Position numbers and translations under genes: made by a program
Source: Octopus sinensis
Lineage: Eukaryota
Length of the DNA: 64,000 bases
Assembly: GCF_006345805.1 (NCBI RefSeq)
Contig: NC_043000.1
Span: 128,154,001 to 128,218,000 of the forward strand
Direction of reading: 5' to 3'
In this document: positions 60,422-64,000 of the stretch, piece after piece
How positions within the stretch are numbered: the stretch's first letter is position 1
Layout: every line of letters begins with the position of its first letter
Notes under the pieces: generated by a model
Told to the model about the DNA's origin: nothing
The model's input: only the letters and a program-made list of their open reading frames with translations
The model's database searches: none

Positions 60422-61286
60422 TATATATTTACATACACACACACACACACACACTACACACGCGCGCACTCATTTGAGATCTTGAGATCTCTATCTTTAC
60501 ACCCTAGGACCATCTCAATGCTGTCATCCAGGTGTGAGCGCACATATGTGCGCGGAAGCCGTTTCAGGGTCTTCATGTTGTTACATTTGTAGGACACGCA
60601 TACATGGCGACAGAATTTTCTGCAGTTGATGTTGTTGTTGGCTTTTGGGAATGCAGCCACTTTTCGACCGTTCGTTTCTTCTAGTCGGTGTGCATGTGTA
60701 GTTTTCACAATCCTACGCGATTTTTACTCGCAATAAAACTTTCTCGTTAGTCAACCTGCCCTGCTATTTGCCCCTTTGTATGTGCGTACATGTTTTATTA
60801 GATGTGCCATAATTTTACTTTCATTTATGTTTTCCTTTTACCGCCGTCCACTTGCGCATCGCCTCTATAATCAAGGAAGACTTGTTCCTGAGCTGGAATT
60901 TAGCTATGTTTCTAGTTACATTCATGCAGGGTTTCTTTCTTTTCTTTTGCGAGTTTGTTATGACTTTAAATATGTCCCTCGTTGTTTAGACAACTCCGAC
61001 TAATCTTAACTATGTTTGCAAAATCTTTGGATGGTGGGGCAAATGCTTTCTTATCAGAGTTAGGAAACACCTAGCTATGTTATGAGACACGTTTACACTA
61101 TATAGTGAGTTGTGTGAATTAACTTCATAAGTTCTTGGTTTGTTGAGTCTTGCGGAGGTGGGTTCTGTGTAATTTTGATATCTAAGTATCGATTTTCTTT
61201 AATTAAATTCATACCCAGAATTGTTCCCAGAAAAAGACTGTAATTTTGTCACCGTATCAATGCAATATGGAACAGTTGTCTCTCTG

Positions 61287-61318
<32 letters not shown>

Positions 61319-62637
61319 CTATCTTCTCGCCTATCTGTATTTATCTCTGTTTTATCTACCTCCCAACTTGCTTTTTTTTTATATGTCTGTCTACTTATTT
61401 ATTGGTTCCTTACTCTTTTTAGTCTGCTGGTCTTTCTGCCTCTCTGTCTCTCTGTTTCCCTGTCTCTCTTATTCTTTATCGCACTCTCTTTCTTTCTCAC
61501 AGTCTCTCCCCCTTTTAGTCCTATTTTGCCTGAGAGAATTCTCATGTCAACATAATTGTGGTCATTCAATTATAAACTTCAATTATAAACTTACAATCAG
61601 GAAGAAAATAACATGATGAAACATGTATGAGAATATACTGGGTCTGGTTTAAGGAGGTCTACCGCCACACTAATTCCAAACCATTCACTAATAGTTAGAT
61701 GTTGATGCTGCTGTTGATGTTTATATTTCAAAGCAATTAGTGAACTACAGTGTCGTTGATTACAGGGTTCGAATGGGTCAATCATTGGTGAGAATATGGT
61801 GAGAGTAACCTGGGAGTGTCGGTGACTCGATACAGAAAAAAGATATCCCATGCGACTTCATTTACGAAGAATCGTTTTTTTTACATGACTTAACCAGGAA
61901 TATATTGGTCAGCATTATAAAAGTAGAACACAGTTTCACTTTTAGTGTTCGCTTTTTTTCTGATTTATGGGCAACTAATCAAATATGTGTGTGTGTGTAT
62001 CAAAATAAGCAACAGGATATCCAGAGGTAATGCAGTACGATCGTTTCAAGCGACTCCATTTAATTGAACAGTGAAACCATTACATCAATTTAAATGCAGA
62101 GCAATCCTCAGCTGCATAAATACTTAGAATTAAATTAAATTAAAACAGATGGACACATTAGTATAATTTTACCTAAGACCTCCAAGAAGGCAAGGAGATA
62201 GACAAAGATCATATTGTTTTCACTTCAGCTTATATATATGCACATGTATCTATGTATGTAATTTAATCTGGTCAGCCGAAACCAAACTGGTTGAAAGTAT
62301 GAATTTCAAAATTTTCAAAAGCACTGCTACATTTGTTTTTATCAGTTCGTAATTTAGATTTAAAAACGTACGACAATAATTAATATGCAAGATAGTGGAC
62401 GAAACATACAATTCTGATTGGTCAGCACTTGACGTGCTAAGCAGAGAGTGAGAGAGGGAGAGGGGAGAGAGAAAGAGAGAGAGAAGTTTTTTTTTTTTAT
62501 GTGTGAATTTTGTGGGTTACCTGCAAAAGTTTGTGCATCACTGTTCTATACAACTCAATTACACCATTAAAAAGAAACTAACCAAGGCCGAGATTTACGC
62601 GAGAAACCATTATTGGTATTTCAATACACACCTTTCC

Positions 62638-63020
62638 AAAGGTGGCGAGCTGGCAGAAAGGTTAGCGCGCCGGGCGAAATGCGTAGCCGTATTTCGTCTG
62701 TCGTTACGTTGTGAGTTCAAATTCCGCCGAGGTCGACTTTGCCTTTCATCCTTTCGGGGTCGATAAATTAAGTACCAGCTATGCACTGGGGTCGATGTAA
62801 TCGACTTAATACCTATGTCTGTCCTTGTTTGTCCCCTCTATGTTTAGCCCCTTGTGGGTAATAAAGAAATAGGTATTTCGTCTGTCTTTACGTTCTGAGT
62901 TCAAATTCCGCCGAGGTCGACTTTGCCTTTCATCCTTTCGGGGTCGATAAATTAAGTACCAGTTGCGTACTGGGGTCGATCTAATCGATTTCAGGCCTTG
63001 TGCCTAGAGTAGAAAAGAAT
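62638..63020 (+). mobile_element. SINE family A, dimeric copy
   Basis: ggtggcgagctggcagaaaggttagc head followed by two cores. Confidence 0.88.
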
Positions 63021-63714
63021 ACATATCTTTCCAAGCATTCGCTTATACAGCGTAACAAACCATGGTATTTTGGATATGATTATATATTATGTTTTCTAGA
63101 TAAACGATCACTAGACTTGTATAGAATACTTTAGCGGTATTAATTTCGGTTTTTATATCTGTAACTAAGTTATTATATTTCAATCAATTATTTCCTTTCT
63201 GGTCATTTTTGCCACCATATTTCTACATATATTTCAGTTAACTCTAAATCCAGACATTCAAGATTTTAAGATGATTATTTCCCGTTCAAGTCATGGTTAA
63301 AACTTTGCAATGAAAATATAAGTTTTGAGTTTAGCTCCCCGCAAATTGTGTGTATATCCTATCGGATCTTTGGACAAGAGTTCTGTTTTTCTTTAATTGA
63401 ATCAAGGGGAGAATAAACCAGATTGGTTCTCATTGCTGTCTCCAGACCTACCGATCGAACTGACTGAGCTCAACATCGCGAGCTCAATTTTAAACCGCTA
63501 CATGTCATCTGCTGCTTACTATAAAGTCTATACCAATCAGGGGTTTTCACTTAAAACGTAGTAAACTTAATAATCTTCCCGCAGATACAACAAAATGGTG
63601 AGAGATCGCTATTGCATGATGGGAAAATTGCGTATCTTTGAACCGTGAATTGCAAATTGGCAAGCGATAGTTTATTTCTTCAACATTTAGTTGCAATGTG
63701 ACACAGGGAAAAAC

Positions 63715-63754
63715 TACTACTGCTGCTGCTGCTGCTACTACTACTACTACTACC

Positions 63755-63806
<52 letters not shown>

Positions 63807-63935
63807 GCACAAATCACCACTATTACTATTAATACCGCCACCACCGCATCATTAATACCACCAAAAGCACCGCCGCCGCCGCAACCACCACCACCACCAG
63901 CACCAGCACCACCACTACTACTACTACTACTACTA

Positions 63936-63969
<34 letters not shown>

Positions 63970-63970
63970 G
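63715..63970. repeat. CTA/CCA/CTG triplet mosaic
   Basis: Directly visible. Confidence 0.9.
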
Positions 63971-64000
63971 TTGACTAATCTCATTGGACACCTCAGAAAT

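Overview
AT-rich, microsatellite- and SINE-laden animal genomic DNA; the repeat families suggest an octopus (inference). The ORF track is almost all microsatellite or repeat noise. Manual splicing reveals two complete, tandem, minus-strand paralogous 12-exon genes: gene A (25929->3988, 420 aa) and gene B (53127->28674, 434 aa). Each encodes a predicted type II membrane protein with an N-terminal anchor and a bacterial-like CBM9/DOMON-like domain. Exons 2-10 have identical lengths in both (164,138,23,32,58,97,112,43,71 nt), including 23- and 32-nt microexons. Gene B has a GC-AG first coding intron, a purine-run acceptor and a near-identical tandem copy of exon 8. The last two exons of an unidentified plus-strand gene lie at 1-180, converging on gene A. 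Introns hold three mariner remnants, LINE 3' ends, MITEs, a Helentron-like element, several SINE families and perfect or near-perfect palindromes. Repeat boundaries are approximate; exon boundaries were counted base by base.
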